Shown in pieces: positions 32,513 to 41,731 of a stretch of 64,000 nt of DNA (position 1 is its first letter; the number at the start of each line of letters is the position of its first letter). The notes beneath the pieces were generated by a model. That model was not told where the DNA came from, ran no database searches, and was given only the letters and a program-made list of their open reading frames with translations. Location of the stretch: positions 1-64,000 of the IMG/VR virus record IMGVR_UViG_3300009168_000004. The stretch is one strand, 5' to 3'. This DNA is from a virus. A program made the translations under genes and the position numbers.

Positions 32513-34354
32513 CTACGGGGGTGTAGCTCTGATTTCGAAACCGAGCCCGTTCAGTTCGCGGAAAGCGTTTCCGCCCGTCGCCGTGATGGCCATCGTCTCG
32601 GCTGCGGTCGAAGCAGACTGACGTTGGGCGACGAGATACTGCATGCCCGGTACGGCCGTGCTTCCGTTGGTCAGGACCGTTGCAGCATTGGGTCCAAGAG
32701 CTGCCGTGTTGAAGTCGTCATTCTCCGCCGCCTCTCCAACCGCAACCGCCCCTCCCATCCAGACCCAGCGGGAAGAGGTGGTTTCGGAATTGACAGTCGA
32801 CAATCCCCAAGAGACGGCGCTCGCTCCGTTCGCGCTCATCGTCCGCGAACTGCGGATGAAGCTCTGCGGGCTTGCCGACACGCCCCAAACGGCTGCATGC
32901 CCGCCCGAGATCTCGTACGCGCCGATGAACGATCGCTGCTTCGTCCCGCCCAGCGTCGCCGTCACCGTCATTCCGGTCTGCGCAGTAGGAACAAAGATGA
33001 TGCGGAAGTCGATGACGCAGTTCTTCGTGACGGTCTGGTTCCACGTGGTCGCGTTCACGTCAACCGCAAGGACCGTCAAGCCCTTGTTGTTCGTGACGTT
33101 GCTGACGGTCGCGCCCGTGCCGACGACCATCGTCAGGACTGCAACGTAGCTCCCGGCCGCAACGTTGAACGAAGCGCTGGCAAGCGAGCCGCCCGTGGTG
33201 CCGCTGTTGACTGCGCTCTGGACGATGGTGGCCACCTGAAGGTTCGCCGACACGGCGGCCGTGCTGGCGGTCTCGATCGTCTCGCTGAAGCCCTCCCCGT
33301 CAGTGTAGGACACGCGGCAGCGCAGCGCCTTGCCGACCAGCGAGTGCTCCACCGTGTAGGCAGCGGACGTTGCGCCCGAGATGTCCACGCTGTCCGTGTG
33401 GTTGCGCCACTGATAGGTGATGCCGGTGGCCGGACCATCCGGGTCGTCGTCGTTGAACGTGCAGGTGATCGTCTGACCTTCGACGGGCGTCGTGTCGTCG
33501 ATCGATGCGGTCGCGTCGCCGCTGTCCACAGGACCCGACGGGATCGAAGTGACGATGGCGTTGTCGATCGCAAAGCCCAGCCCGAAGTTCACAGCCGGAA
33601 CATACTGCGTGTTCTCGACGACCGAAGCCATGCTGAAGCCCAGGCCGAAGCTCGCCGAGATGAACTCGGTGCTCATCGCCCTGACGATCGCCGCCGCGTT
33701 GAAGCCCAGGCTGAAGTCCGCAGCGATATACTGCGTGTTCTCGATGATCGCCGCCGCGTCGAAGCCCAGGCCAAACGCGACCGGGCCGATGTACTTGATC
33801 TCTGTGACCGGAGACTCGATGATGAAGCCCAGGTCGAACGATGCTTGCAGCTCATAGACCGCCCGCGCGATCGGGACCATGCCGAACCCGAAGCCAAAGG
33901 ACGCGCCGTGGATCTCGTTGACGATCGCGATGTCGGCGACCTCCGAGTCGAAGCCCACGCCCAGGGCGATGGCTCCGATGAGCTCGACGGGCCGGAGGTA
34001 GTTGACCGTCTGATTGTAGGTCACCGCACAGTCGTAGAAGAAGATCGTCGGGTCGCTCTGACGGGGACCCTTGATCGGCTCGACAATGTTGTACTCAGCC
34101 CCGGCGAAGAAGATCTTGTCAAGCTTGTGGTTCGGGGCCTCGCTTCCAAACTCCTCCAGGCTCAGAGCGGAGACGAGGATGCGGGATGCGCCTTCCTCGT
34201 GCAGCCCCTTCTCGCGCGGGTTGTACTCCAGGCGCGCAGCACGGCACTTCCTCGTCACGCCTCCGCGGACGATGAGAGCCTGGTCAGCGTCGATCTTCCC
34301 CAGCTTCTTGAGCTGGCGATCGACGACCTTGCGTGCCCGTGTGTAAGAGACCAT
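32513..34354 (-). CDS. head-closure-like domain fused to FGLGF repeats, an Ig-like domain and a C-terminal beta domain
   Basis: follows DUF4054 gene; about 8 (A/S)FGLGF-type repeats; D.DG...YQW...ISGAT...Y.V...GK.LR..VSYTDG.G..E. Confidence 0.65.
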   Translation of the reverse strand: MVSYTRARKVVDRQLKKLGKIDADQALIVRGGVTRKCRAARLEYNPREKGLHEEGASRILVSALSLEEFGSEAPNHKLDKIFFAGAEYNIVEPIKGPRQSDPTIFFYDCAVTYNQTVNYLRPVELIGAIALGVGFDSEVADIAIVNEIHGASFGFGFGMVPIARAVYELQASFDLGFIIESPVTEIKYIGPVAFGLGFDAAAIIENTQYIAADFSLGFNAAAIVRAMSTEFISASFGLGFSMASVVENTQYVPAVNFGLGFAIDNAIVTSIPSGPVDSGDATASIDDTTPVEGQTITCTFNDDDPDGPATGITYQWRNHTDSVDISGATSAAYTVEHSLVGKALRCRVSYTDGEGFSETIETASTAAVSANLQVATIVQSAVNSGTTGGSLASASFNVAAGSYVAVLTMVVGTGATVSNVTNNKGLTVLAVDVNATTWNQTVTKNCVIDFRIIFVPTAQTGMTVTATLGGTKQRSFIGAYEISGGHAAVWGVSASPQSFIRSSRTMSANGASAVSWGLSTVNSETTSSRWVWMGGAVAVGEAAENDDFNTAALGPNAATVLTNGSTAVPGMQYLVAQRQSASTAAETMAITATGGNAFRELNGLGFEIRATPP

Positions 34355-34355
34355 C

Positions 34356-34739
34356 TCAGATCGCGACGATGGCTGGTTTGTTGCGGGTCAGAAGTCGAAG
34401 ATAGTTCCGGCCATAGATCGTACTGGCGTAGTCGCTCATCCCGGAGGACAGGTCGGCCTTGTCGTCGAAGTACGAGATCGAGAGGACCCCGCCGAAGCTT
34501 TCGCTGGCGATCCGGCCGGAGCCCGTGTCGATCTCGGCGTCGTCCCCGGAGGAGTTCTCCGTCGCAATCATGTGCGCCGCCAGGTACATGATCGCCGGCT
34601 GGTAGTCGGGTTCCGCCCACGACTCGTCGACTGAGGCCGAAGCCTCAGTCAGGATCAGGGTGACGTAGTCGTCGTCCTGTCCCTCAAAGACCGGGAAGCG
34701 AGCTTTGAACTGGGCGGCGTCGGGAACAGTGTACGGCAT
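34356..34739 (-). CDS. DUF4054 head-tail adaptor
   Basis: FKARFPVF, AH, SES.G..S.SY and T.YG..Y motifs. Confidence 0.8.
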   Translation of the reverse strand: MPYTVPDAAQFKARFPVFEGQDDDYVTLILTEASASVDESWAEPDYQPAIMYLAAHMIATENSSGDDAEIDTGSGRIASESFGGVLSISYFDDKADLSSGMSDYASTIYGRNYLRLLTRNKPAIVAI

Positions 34740-34799
34740 TGGATGGGTCCTCAGAGCTGAATAGCGGGCCGTGGAGCGGCCAATCCAGGGCCGCCCCTG

Positions 34800-35612
34800 T
34801 CATCTCCCCTTGTTTCGACTGACCTGCTGGCGGGGCTGGCTCAGCCCTCGAGGCGGGCTGCGAACCGGGGCTTCGCTTTTGCCTGGTCCCGGACCTTGGC
34901 CGAGCTGGACGACCTTCGGCCTTTCGCCACCACTGCCTTCGCCTTCTTGGCCGCCGTCTCGATCGCGGCCACCGCCTTGCCCGGTGGCCGGACGCCCCGG
35001 CCCTTCATGGCCAGCTTCTTCGCTGCCGCCCTGGCCTTCACCTGAGCCGCCGTCTGCTTCTTCGGTGTCCTCATCGCCATCCGTTCCGCTGTTGGCATCA
35101 CTCAACTCCTCATTTTCACTGTCCTCATCCTCGTCGTCTCCGATCACGAGGCCGATCTTTTCGCGCTTCAGAACCTCAGCCGGGTCCTCCTTCTTGGGGA
35201 TCGGAGCCATCAAGACCGCGTTGGCCTCGTCGACTGCACCGGCTTGGATGTGGTGAGCAGCGTTGGCCGCCCGTCGGGCCAGCTCCAGGCGCATCTCGCC
35301 GTGGTTCGGGCGCGAGCCCATGACGCCTTCGCCGATGACCCGGTTGACCACGGTCAAGATTTCGTTGTACTCGAGCTGATCGTAGTTCCGCAGAGTGTCA
35401 AGAACCGCGATGAGCTGCGGGCTGTCCTTGTCGATGTCCGTCCCCTCGGGGACGATGACGATGTTCTTGTGGTGCTTCTTGATCCTGTCGATCGTTCGCT
35501 GGGTCAGCTCTACGTTGACCGGCGATCCGACGGGAGCCTGGCGCGGGCGACCGCGCACGTTCACGAACACGCGCGGGCCGTCGCCGAAGTTCAGGAGGGT
35601 GACGATTGGCAT
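34800..35612 (-). CDS. hypothetical protein downstream of the capsid gene, acidic tail
   Basis: 270-aa ORF; the C-terminal third overlaps a nested ORF. Confidence 0.65.
   Translation of the reverse strand: MPIVTLLNFGDGPRVFVNVRGRPRQAPVGSPVNVELTQRTIDRIKKHHKNIVIVPEGTDIDKDSPQLIAVLDTLRNYDQLEYNEILTVVNRVIGEGVMGSRPNHGEMRLELARRAANAAHHIQAGAVDEANAVLMAPIPKKEDPAEVLKREKIGLVIGDDEDEDSENEELSDANSGTDGDEDTEEADGGSGEGQGGSEEAGHEGPGRPATGQGGGRDRDGGQEGEGSGGERPKVVQLGQGPGPGKSEAPVRSPPRGLSQPRQQVSRNKGR
34841..35098 (-). CDS. nested Lys/Ala/Arg-rich basic protein
   Basis: GAGGAG RBS, ATG, GC3-rich codons. Confidence 0.55.
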   Translation of the reverse strand: MPTAERMAMRTPKKQTAAQVKARAAAKKLAMKGRGVRPPGKAVAAIETAAKKAKAVVAKGRRSSSSAKVRDQAKAKPRFAARLEG

Positions 35613-35639
35613 CTTGGTTCTCTCTGGGTTTCAGTCTGG

Positions 35640-35670
35640 AGAAAGCCGGAAGAGGGAGCGACCCTCTTCC
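35640..35670 (-). terminator. probable terminator after the major capsid gene
   Basis: GGAAGAGGG-N5-CCCTCTTCC hairpin followed by GGCTTTCT. Confidence 0.5.
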
Positions 35671-35697
35671 GACCCATTCAAGCTCAATCCAGAAGGA

Positions 35698-36663
35698 TCA
35701 GCTCGGCTCGTCCCCGGAGATGCCGTCCAGGTAGCGAACAGCGCCCGGACGCCGGATCTCGAGGCCGGCGACGCGGAAGATGCCGGGGATGTCGTACACC
35801 AGGGGTCCGGTCTGCCACACGGGCAGGAAGCGATGCGGCATGGGAATGTGCATCTTGAGCACAGCCGGATCGCGGCGATACGCGACCATGCGGCCCGTCC
35901 CGCCAGTGCCCGCGTCTTCCAGTCCGCGGACGGCGCGGATGATGATCGGCCGGCCGGTCTGGAAGCTCACGATGTTCTTCGACGCGACGAAGTCCAGGAT
36001 CGTGAGGGTCGTGTCGGGGACGCGCTTCGACACCAGGATGGTCATGGCCTCACCCGGCAGGAGCAGCGTGTCCGCGTATTCGATCTGGGCTGAGCTGGTC
36101 CACATGCCAGTGAGGATGGCGTTGATGTCCGCCATGATCTCGTCGGCAGTCTTCGAGTCCCAGTCCGTCGAGCCCTCGGCGCCCTCGGCTGCCTGCACCG
36201 TGGTGATGCCAGGGTAGTCGATGATGCCGTGGAAGTTCTTGTCGCTCATGCCCCGGAGGGCAAGGTTGTCCACGAACTCCTCGTAGGCCCTGCGGGCTGC
36301 GGAGGCGCGCTCGGTGGTCAGGTTCGTGCCGGGGACCATCATGGCCTGGCCGAGCTCCTGCAGCGAGTATCGGTATCCGATGTCGGCCATCTCAACGCCC
36401 ACTTCGAACTGCGAGCGTTCGACGTCTGCGATGTGGATGTCCTTCGCGAGGTGGTGGAACCATCCCGCCTTGCCGACCTTGTCGCTCGAGAAGTACGTGA
36501 TCGACTTGGCCCACTCGTTGGCTGCCGTGTCGACCGGGATGAGCGTCGGATACTGTATCTCCGGATACTGGACCTCGACGACTTGGGGTTCGATGTAAGA
36601 CGTCTGCGACACCAGGAAGCCGAGGGCCTGCTGTGCCGCATCCGCCGAGTAGATATTGAACAT
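35698..36663 (-). CDS. major capsid protein (DUF2184 family, HK97 fold)
   Basis: IPV, GY.YS.QEL..A, W..KT.DEI..D and G.EIRRP.A..Y.DGI motifs. Confidence 0.9.
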   Translation of the reverse strand: MFNIYSADAAQQALGFLVSQTSYIEPQVVEVQYPEIQYPTLIPVDTAANEWAKSITYFSSDKVGKAGWFHHLAKDIHIADVERSQFEVGVEMADIGYRYSLQELGQAMMVPGTNLTTERASAARRAYEEFVDNLALRGMSDKNFHGIIDYPGITTVQAAEGAEGSTDWDSKTADEIMADINAILTGMWTSSAQIEYADTLLLPGEAMTILVSKRVPDTTLTILDFVASKNIVSFQTGRPIIIRAVRGLEDAGTGGTGRMVAYRRDPAVLKMHIPMPHRFLPVWQTGPLVYDIPGIFRVAGLEIRRPGAVRYLDGISGDEPS

Positions 36664-36742
36664 TGAATGCTCCGGTTGGGGTTCTGCTTGTTTGCGGATG
36701 GCGACCAGGAGGAGCTCGCGCTCCTCTCAGTCTCCGATGGGG

Positions 36743-37231
36743 TCAGACGCCGTCGTTCTTCTCGAGGCCAGGGAAGTAGGCGATCGCACGCCCGTTCACC
36801 AAGGCACTGGTCTCCCAGCGGGCACCCTTGAGCGGACCGACGCCGCCGGTGTTCGAGAAGATGCCGGTGGTGCCGTCGAAGTGGACGGGGTCGCCAGCGT
36901 TGACCGCGACTGCAGGCTCGAGCCACATCATGCCGCGGCGGAGGACGCCGACGTTCTGATAGCGCTCGTACTTGTCGGGGTCGGTGGCGTAGGAGTTACG
37001 CATCGTGATGTCGCGGATGGACGCGCCGCGATAGAGGGCCAAGTCACCGCCGAGGATGACTGCGTTGTCGCCGAACGTGGCGATGGTCCCGCGGCTGACT
37101 GCCCGCCCGAACGGGATGCCCGTCTCGGGTTCGCAGTTCCCGGTGAACGCATCGGTCACGTCGTAGGAGCCGTGAACCGTACCCGGACCAGGCGGGCGAA
37201 TGGTCTCGACGTATTCAGTCTGGATGGGCAT
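36743..37231 (-). CDS. capsid decoration/cement protein
   Basis: IPFGRAV, V.VLR.G..W and V.AGDPV motifs; immediately upstream of MCP. Confidence 0.75.
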   Translation of the reverse strand: MPIQTEYVETIRPPGPGTVHGSYDVTDAFTGNCEPETGIPFGRAVSRGTIATFGDNAVILGGDLALYRGASIRDITMRNSYATDPDKYERYQNVGVLRRGMMWLEPAVAVNAGDPVHFDGTTGIFSNTGGVGPLKGARWETSALVNGRAIAYFPGLEKNDGV

Positions 37232-37321
37232 TATAGATTTCTCCGGTTGGATTTGTCTTGGTAGTTCTTCGGAGCCATCACCCGTCAGCCGAAGCTGACG
37301 AGATCAAGCCGCCGGTCTTGT

Positions 37322-38545
37322 TCAGGCAGTTCCCTGCGGTGTCTTCCAAGCGTTCTGCATGCGGTTGTTGTAGTCGCTGTAGGACTTCTCTGCAGCCGCC
37401 CGGTCGCCCAGGACCGGCTGGCTGCCGCCGGTGAAGGCCGCCCTGGCGACATCGACTGCGCGGTTGGTGTCGACCGCCTTGACGCTTGCCGTGAGGGTGG
37501 CAAACGACGTGGCAACCTGCTCGTCGGTCCAGCCCTTGGCGACATCCTTGAGCGCGTGGTCGACGACCTGCCGGCGGATCTCCCCGTCGGTCTTGCCGTC
37601 CACCACCAGCTTGTCGCCGAGGATTGCAGCGGCCTTGCCCATGCAGATCGTGCGGTCGGCAACGAGCTGATCGAGCTGCTGCGGGGTCAGCTTGGCGCTG
37701 TCGAGCTGGCTCTTCAGCGTTGCGTTCTCCGCCGTTAGGGTGTCCTTGTCCTTCGACAGGGTGGTGACCTGGGCAGTCATGTCGGTGACCTGCTTGTTCA
37801 GGCTATCCGACACGCTCTTGTGCGTGGCCTCGAGCGCCTTCACCTGGTTGGCGGCGTTGTCGAGGGCGCGCTGCACGACTTGGATCGTCGTGTCGGTCAT
37901 CTCGCAGGTGATGCCGTCCACGGTCATTGTGCGCAGGTTCATTTGGTCTCTCCGGGTTGGGGGTGGTTCAGGCTCAGCGTCTTCGACGCCGAATGGCAGT
38001 TCGTCCCCGACGGATAGCCTGGCTCCGCCGCGGGCCGCTTTCACGAGGGCGATGTGGTTCGCCCGGATGTTGCGTTGGATGGCGTCGTAAGCCTCGCCGG
38101 TCGGCGTGGTGCCGGACGCAACCTCGATGTCGCACGAATACCCGACGGAGAGCTGTCGCTTGCCAGCCTCGATCGCCTTGACGGCGGACGAGTCCATGAA
38201 CAGCATCGGGACGCGGACGTATTCTTGATCTCGGAGGACGTCGCCGTCGCTCTGGCCGACCGCGTACTCGCTCCAGTTTTCGGAGGTGACCTCGACCTTC
38301 GGGTGGTCGTTGGTCAGGGGGCGGTGGGCGAGGGACGCCATCGCGTCCTTGTGGAAGACTTCGCTCTCAGGCCGGTAGACCCGGACGACGTCCTTGTCCG
38401 CCAGCTCGCCACCAATCTCCTTGCCGAGATAGAGTTGAATGCCGGTGCGCGAAACGCGGGGAGCAGCCGCCAGATAGCCCCCGGCCTTCTTGGACATGTG
38501 GGCGGCGTCGAAGGACAGCCGGTCGTACAGGTTCAGCTTGATCAT
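37322..38545 (-). CDS. DUF2213 prohead protease / scaffold
   Basis: RTGIQ.Y, YRP..EVF, T.DHP, LSVGY and NHIALV..ARGG motifs plus a coiled-coil C-terminus. Confidence 0.9.
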   Translation of the reverse strand: MIKLNLYDRLSFDAAHMSKKAGGYLAAAPRVSRTGIQLYLGKEIGGELADKDVVRVYRPESEVFHKDAMASLAHRPLTNDHPKVEVTSENWSEYAVGQSDGDVLRDQEYVRVPMLFMDSSAVKAIEAGKRQLSVGYSCDIEVASGTTPTGEAYDAIQRNIRANHIALVKAARGGARLSVGDELPFGVEDAEPEPPPTRRDQMNLRTMTVDGITCEMTDTTIQVVQRALDNAANQVKALEATHKSVSDSLNKQVTDMTAQVTTLSKDKDTLTAENATLKSQLDSAKLTPQQLDQLVADRTICMGKAAAILGDKLVVDGKTDGEIRRQVVDHALKDVAKGWTDEQVATSFATLTASVKAVDTNRAVDVARAAFTGGSQPVLGDRAAAEKSYSDYNNRMQNAWKTPQGTA

Positions 38546-38570
38546 GCAGCCTCCTTGCGGAGGCCAGGGA

Positions 38571-39305
38571 TCAGGGCCTCCAGTACCGCGAGACCCAGTA
38601 GTCTTCGCGGATGGTCTCGACCTGCCAGGGCTTCCGTCTGCCGTTGAAGAACATGATGCAGGTCCGCTTCGAGATCTCGCGGAGCTTGCGATAGTCGACC
38701 GAGTAGGAGGCCACCGTCGGATAGGTGAAGCCGTCGCACCCTTCGAGACCAACCAGGTTCATGCTCAGCCACGACTGGTCGGAGCCGAGCCACTTCTTCT
38801 TGAACGTCTGAGCTGGGCTGGTGGCCGGGTCGAACTTGGACCAGATGAAGTCGAGGTCTCCGGCTGTGAACATCTGCAGCGAGCCGTTGAAGACCTTCGG
38901 ATGGTGGGCACCCGCGCAGGCCCAGCCCATGAAGCGGAACTTCTCCGTGGACTCGATCATCGGGGTGATGTCGCGCATGATGATCGCGTCCAGGTCGATC
39001 CCCATGATGCGGTGCCCGTCCCGGATCTTCATCTGAAACTGGGTGGCCGGATCGTACAGCTTGAGCCGCCTGTAGCACGACGGCAAATTTCTTTTTGTGG
39101 CGTTGGCCAGGTCTGCACCGTCCGACCACAAGGGATGCGTCTCGCAGGCGAGACCAGTCGGATCGTCCGTGACGCAGACGATGCGATGGGGCACCTTCAC
39201 GTTGGCCTGCAGAGCCTTGACCATCGCGTTTACGTGCACAGCGGAGTAGGTCGCTCGGACTGGGTTCTTCCAGTCGGTCCACTTCCAGAGGACTATGTGC
39301 AGCAT
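38571..39305 (-). CDS. GT-A fold glycosyltransferase (GT8-like)
   Basis: CVTDD, DLD, FNGS, SDQ.W and F.G..KPW motifs. Confidence 0.8.
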   Translation of the reverse strand: MLHIVLWKWTDWKNPVRATYSAVHVNAMVKALQANVKVPHRIVCVTDDPTGLACETHPLWSDGADLANATKRNLPSCYRRLKLYDPATQFQMKIRDGHRIMGIDLDAIIMRDITPMIESTEKFRFMGWACAGAHHPKVFNGSLQMFTAGDLDFIWSKFDPATSPAQTFKKKWLGSDQSWLSMNLVGLEGCDGFTYPTVASYSVDYRKLREISKRTCIMFFNGRRKPWQVETIREDYWVSRYWRP

Positions 39306-40030
39306 CAGAGGACCCGCACCCACTCGAAGCGAACAGGATTGACAGCGCGATACGGACCAGAGCCGATCTTGGCGCGGAGGACAGGGTTGCGGCGAGCGTG
39401 CCACTGCGTGTCCTTGCGTCCCCAATCCTTGGTGTTGGCGTCGAAGATGTCATCGGCCCGGAAGACTATCGTCGAAAACGCCTTGGTCGGCATTTCGATG
39501 AGGCCGGCGCCCTTAGCGCAGCGGCGGAAGTTTCCGTCTGACCCGTAGTGCCCAGCGAAGTCTTCGTCGTACCCGCCCATCGACCAGAAGTCTTCAGCTC
39601 GCATCAGGTAGCTGTTCGGATGCGGCCGTTCGAGCGAGGTACCGTTCGTGAGCACCTGGTTCGGCATGTAATATGTTCCCGATCGGACGTCCATCTGGAA
39701 AATACTCAGGAGCTGGTCCCGCGGGACCAGGTGATCCATGTCCGTCAGGAACGCCCACTCGGTCTCAACGTTCTGCATTGCCAGGTTGCGAGCCCCGTCC
39801 TGGTTCCAAGGAATGTTGGGCACCACCCGGTAGAGTTTGGTTCCTATAGGGCTTTGCTGCCCCCACTGCCAGATCGCCGTAGCGGCATCCCACCGGGGGC
39901 TCCCGTCGTCCACCAGCACGACCTTCACCCGATCCTGGAGCACCGGAGGGTAGGCTGCCCACTCGTCCAGGTGACGCTTCAGCATGTTGGGGTTGTCGTA
40001 GTAGGCCAGCACCAGGGTCAGGTCCTTCAT
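39305..40030 (-). CDS. GT2/GT7-like glycosyltransferase
   Basis: VLVDDGS, ARNL, TDMDH and F...GGYDEDF.G.YG.D motifs. Confidence 0.85.
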   Translation of the reverse strand: MKDLTLVLAYYDNPNMLKRHLDEWAAYPPVLQDRVKVVLVDDGSPRWDAATAIWQWGQQSPIGTKLYRVVPNIPWNQDGARNLAMQNVETEWAFLTDMDHLVPRDQLLSIFQMDVRSGTYYMPNQVLTNGTSLERPHPNSYLMRAEDFWSMGGYDEDFAGHYGSDGNFRRCAKGAGLIEMPTKAFSTIVFRADDIFDANTKDWGRKDTQWHARRNPVLRAKIGSGPYRAVNPVRFEWVRVL

Positions 40031-40758
40031 GGCTTTCCCCTGCTCGGCCAGGCGTCGCCCGTCCAGTACTTCGTTGTCAGTTCAAACCTGTCCGGAGGGT
40101 ATCCAAGAGACGAGTTGGCCTCCCCGAGGGTGTGGTTGACCAGGCACGGGACCCGCCAGAACATCGTCAGCCCGATCGCCTGGAAGCACGCGGAGACGAT
40201 GCCGTCCACGTTCTTGTCCCAGTGCTTCGGCCCCTCCAGGTAGTTGTGGAGCTCAGCCGAGTCGAGCAGCGCATGCGCGGACGCACGCGACAGGACCAGG
40301 CACTGGGCTCCCCACATCTTGAAGCCAATCTGCATCCCATGCGAGTGGATGCCGTCCCGGAGTCTGCTGGTGCTCTCAGCCTTCTCGCACATCTTGGACA
40401 TCCGGATGGGCAGGTACAGCGAGAGGCAGCCGAACCCCTCCCAGGTCTGGATGTTGAACAGGTCGTCGCGCAGAGCCCTGTGGGAGTTCTTCGCCCACAG
40501 GATGTCGTCCTCGCACACCATGAGGAACGGCTCCTGGGTAATTTCGACCAGGGTCCGCAGAGCCTTGAGCCAGTTGCGCAGGTTCCCCAGGAGCGGCACG
40601 TTTCTGCGAACGTACATGTTCTCGTCGAGCCGGCAGTCGACGGAGCCGTCGGAGAAGATGCGGATGTCCTGGTCGAAGCCCGCATCCCGCATCGAGGCGA
40701 GCGACCGCTCCAGCGTCAGGACTGGCCGGGGCGCAGTGATGTAGGCGATCGCTATCAT
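40027..40758 (-). CDS. GT-A fold glycosyltransferase (GT25-like)
   Basis: VCEDD, GAQC, N.D and P.LV.H motifs. Confidence 0.7.
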   Translation of the reverse strand: MIAIAYITAPRPVLTLERSLASMRDAGFDQDIRIFSDGSVDCRLDENMYVRRNVPLLGNLRNWLKALRTLVEITQEPFLMVCEDDILWAKNSHRALRDDLFNIQTWEGFGCLSLYLPIRMSKMCEKAESTSRLRDGIHSHGMQIGFKMWGAQCLVLSRASAHALLDSAELHNYLEGPKHWDKNVDGIVSACFQAIGLTMFWRVPCLVNHTLGEANSSLGYPPDRFELTTKYWTGDAWPSRGKP

Positions 40759-40898
40759 GAGTCATCGCCAAACCGGGCCAGCAGCGTCCGCCACAGGAGC
40801 TCCCACTGGCTCCGGCTCGTCCACGAGGGCCTGTCGATCCGGCACCCCTCGAAGACGACGTAGTCCAGATAGATGTCGACCGACGGGCGATCGGTCAC
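40755..40898 (-). CDS. small hypothetical protein (47 aa)
   Basis: GTGA/ATGA coupling on both sides. Confidence 0.45.
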   Translation of the reverse strand: MTDRPSVDIYLDYVVFEGCRIDRPSWTSRSQWELLWRTLLARFGDDS

Positions 40899-41488
40899 AG
40901 CTGGACCCACCAGTGGGCGACAGACATGAGGTAGTCCTTGGTGGGGCGCTTCACCTCAGCCTGCACCCGATCGCCGAACGCTTCGTGGACGGCCTTGTGC
41001 ACCCCAGGCCACAGGTAGTCGTCGCCGGACATGACCGCCCCATCCCTCATCAGGGGCAGGTAGTCGGCGATGTCCTGCTGCACGGCTTCGTAGGTGTGCA
41101 GCCCGTCGATCATGATGTAGTCGATGGACTTCGGCTCGAACAGGACCCGCGCGTCGTGGGAGTACAGCCGGTGGGGCATGATCACAGAGCTGACCGGCTT
41201 GGTGTTATCGTTGAAGACCTCGAGGGCATCCCTGCCCCTCAGGAGGGCAAAAAACTCGGTGTGCTTCAGATCGCCCCCGCCGTCGGTCCAGGGGTCGATG
41301 CAGTGCAGGGTGATGGGCTTGCCGGAGTTCAGGATCTCCACAGCCATGAACGCCGCCGACCGCCCCATCCACGATCCTATCTCCACGAAGGTGGAGGGTC
41401 GGTCCTGCGGGGCGCGCTGCACGGCGTCGACGTAGAGCTGGATGAACGACGCCCATCCGTGAATGCTCTTGTAAAAGTGTTCCATCAC
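40895..41488 (-). CDS. class I SAM-dependent methyltransferase (Methyltransf_24-like)
   Basis: VEIGSW.GRS, IDPW, IDG.HTYE.V..D and GDDY.WPGV motifs. Confidence 0.88.
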   Translation of the reverse strand: MMEHFYKSIHGWASFIQLYVDAVQRAPQDRPSTFVEIGSWMGRSAAFMAVEILNSGKPITLHCIDPWTDGGGDLKHTEFFALLRGRDALEVFNDNTKPVSSVIMPHRLYSHDARVLFEPKSIDYIMIDGLHTYEAVQQDIADYLPLMRDGAVMSGDDYLWPGVHKAVHEAFGDRVQAEVKRPTKDYLMSVAHWWVQL

Positions 41489-41724
41489 TGCGGATGTCCT
41501 TTGTTCAGGTTGGGGCGAGCGAGGAGGTCGTCGGCGTCAGAGAGGCCCGCCTTGATCACTCGCCTGAGGTCGAACGGCCAGGTCAGGACGGCGAAGATGC
41601 TGGTCTGCCTGTCCTCCAGGAAGAAGCGGTTCAACGGCTCAGCCAGCAAGAGAACGTAGACCCCAGTCAAGAGATAGCACGTCACCACGCCGAGGATGAA
41701 GTAAGCTGCGTATTCCATCTGCAT
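41485..41724 (-). CDS. small membrane protein
   Basis: hydrophobic N-terminal helix; AAAGGA RBS. Confidence 0.6.
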   Translation of the reverse strand: MQMEYAAYFILGVVTCYLLTGVYVLLLAEPLNRFFLEDRQTSIFAVLTWPFDLRRVIKAGLSDADDLLARPNLNKGHPQ

Positions 41725-41731
41725 TCCTTTC

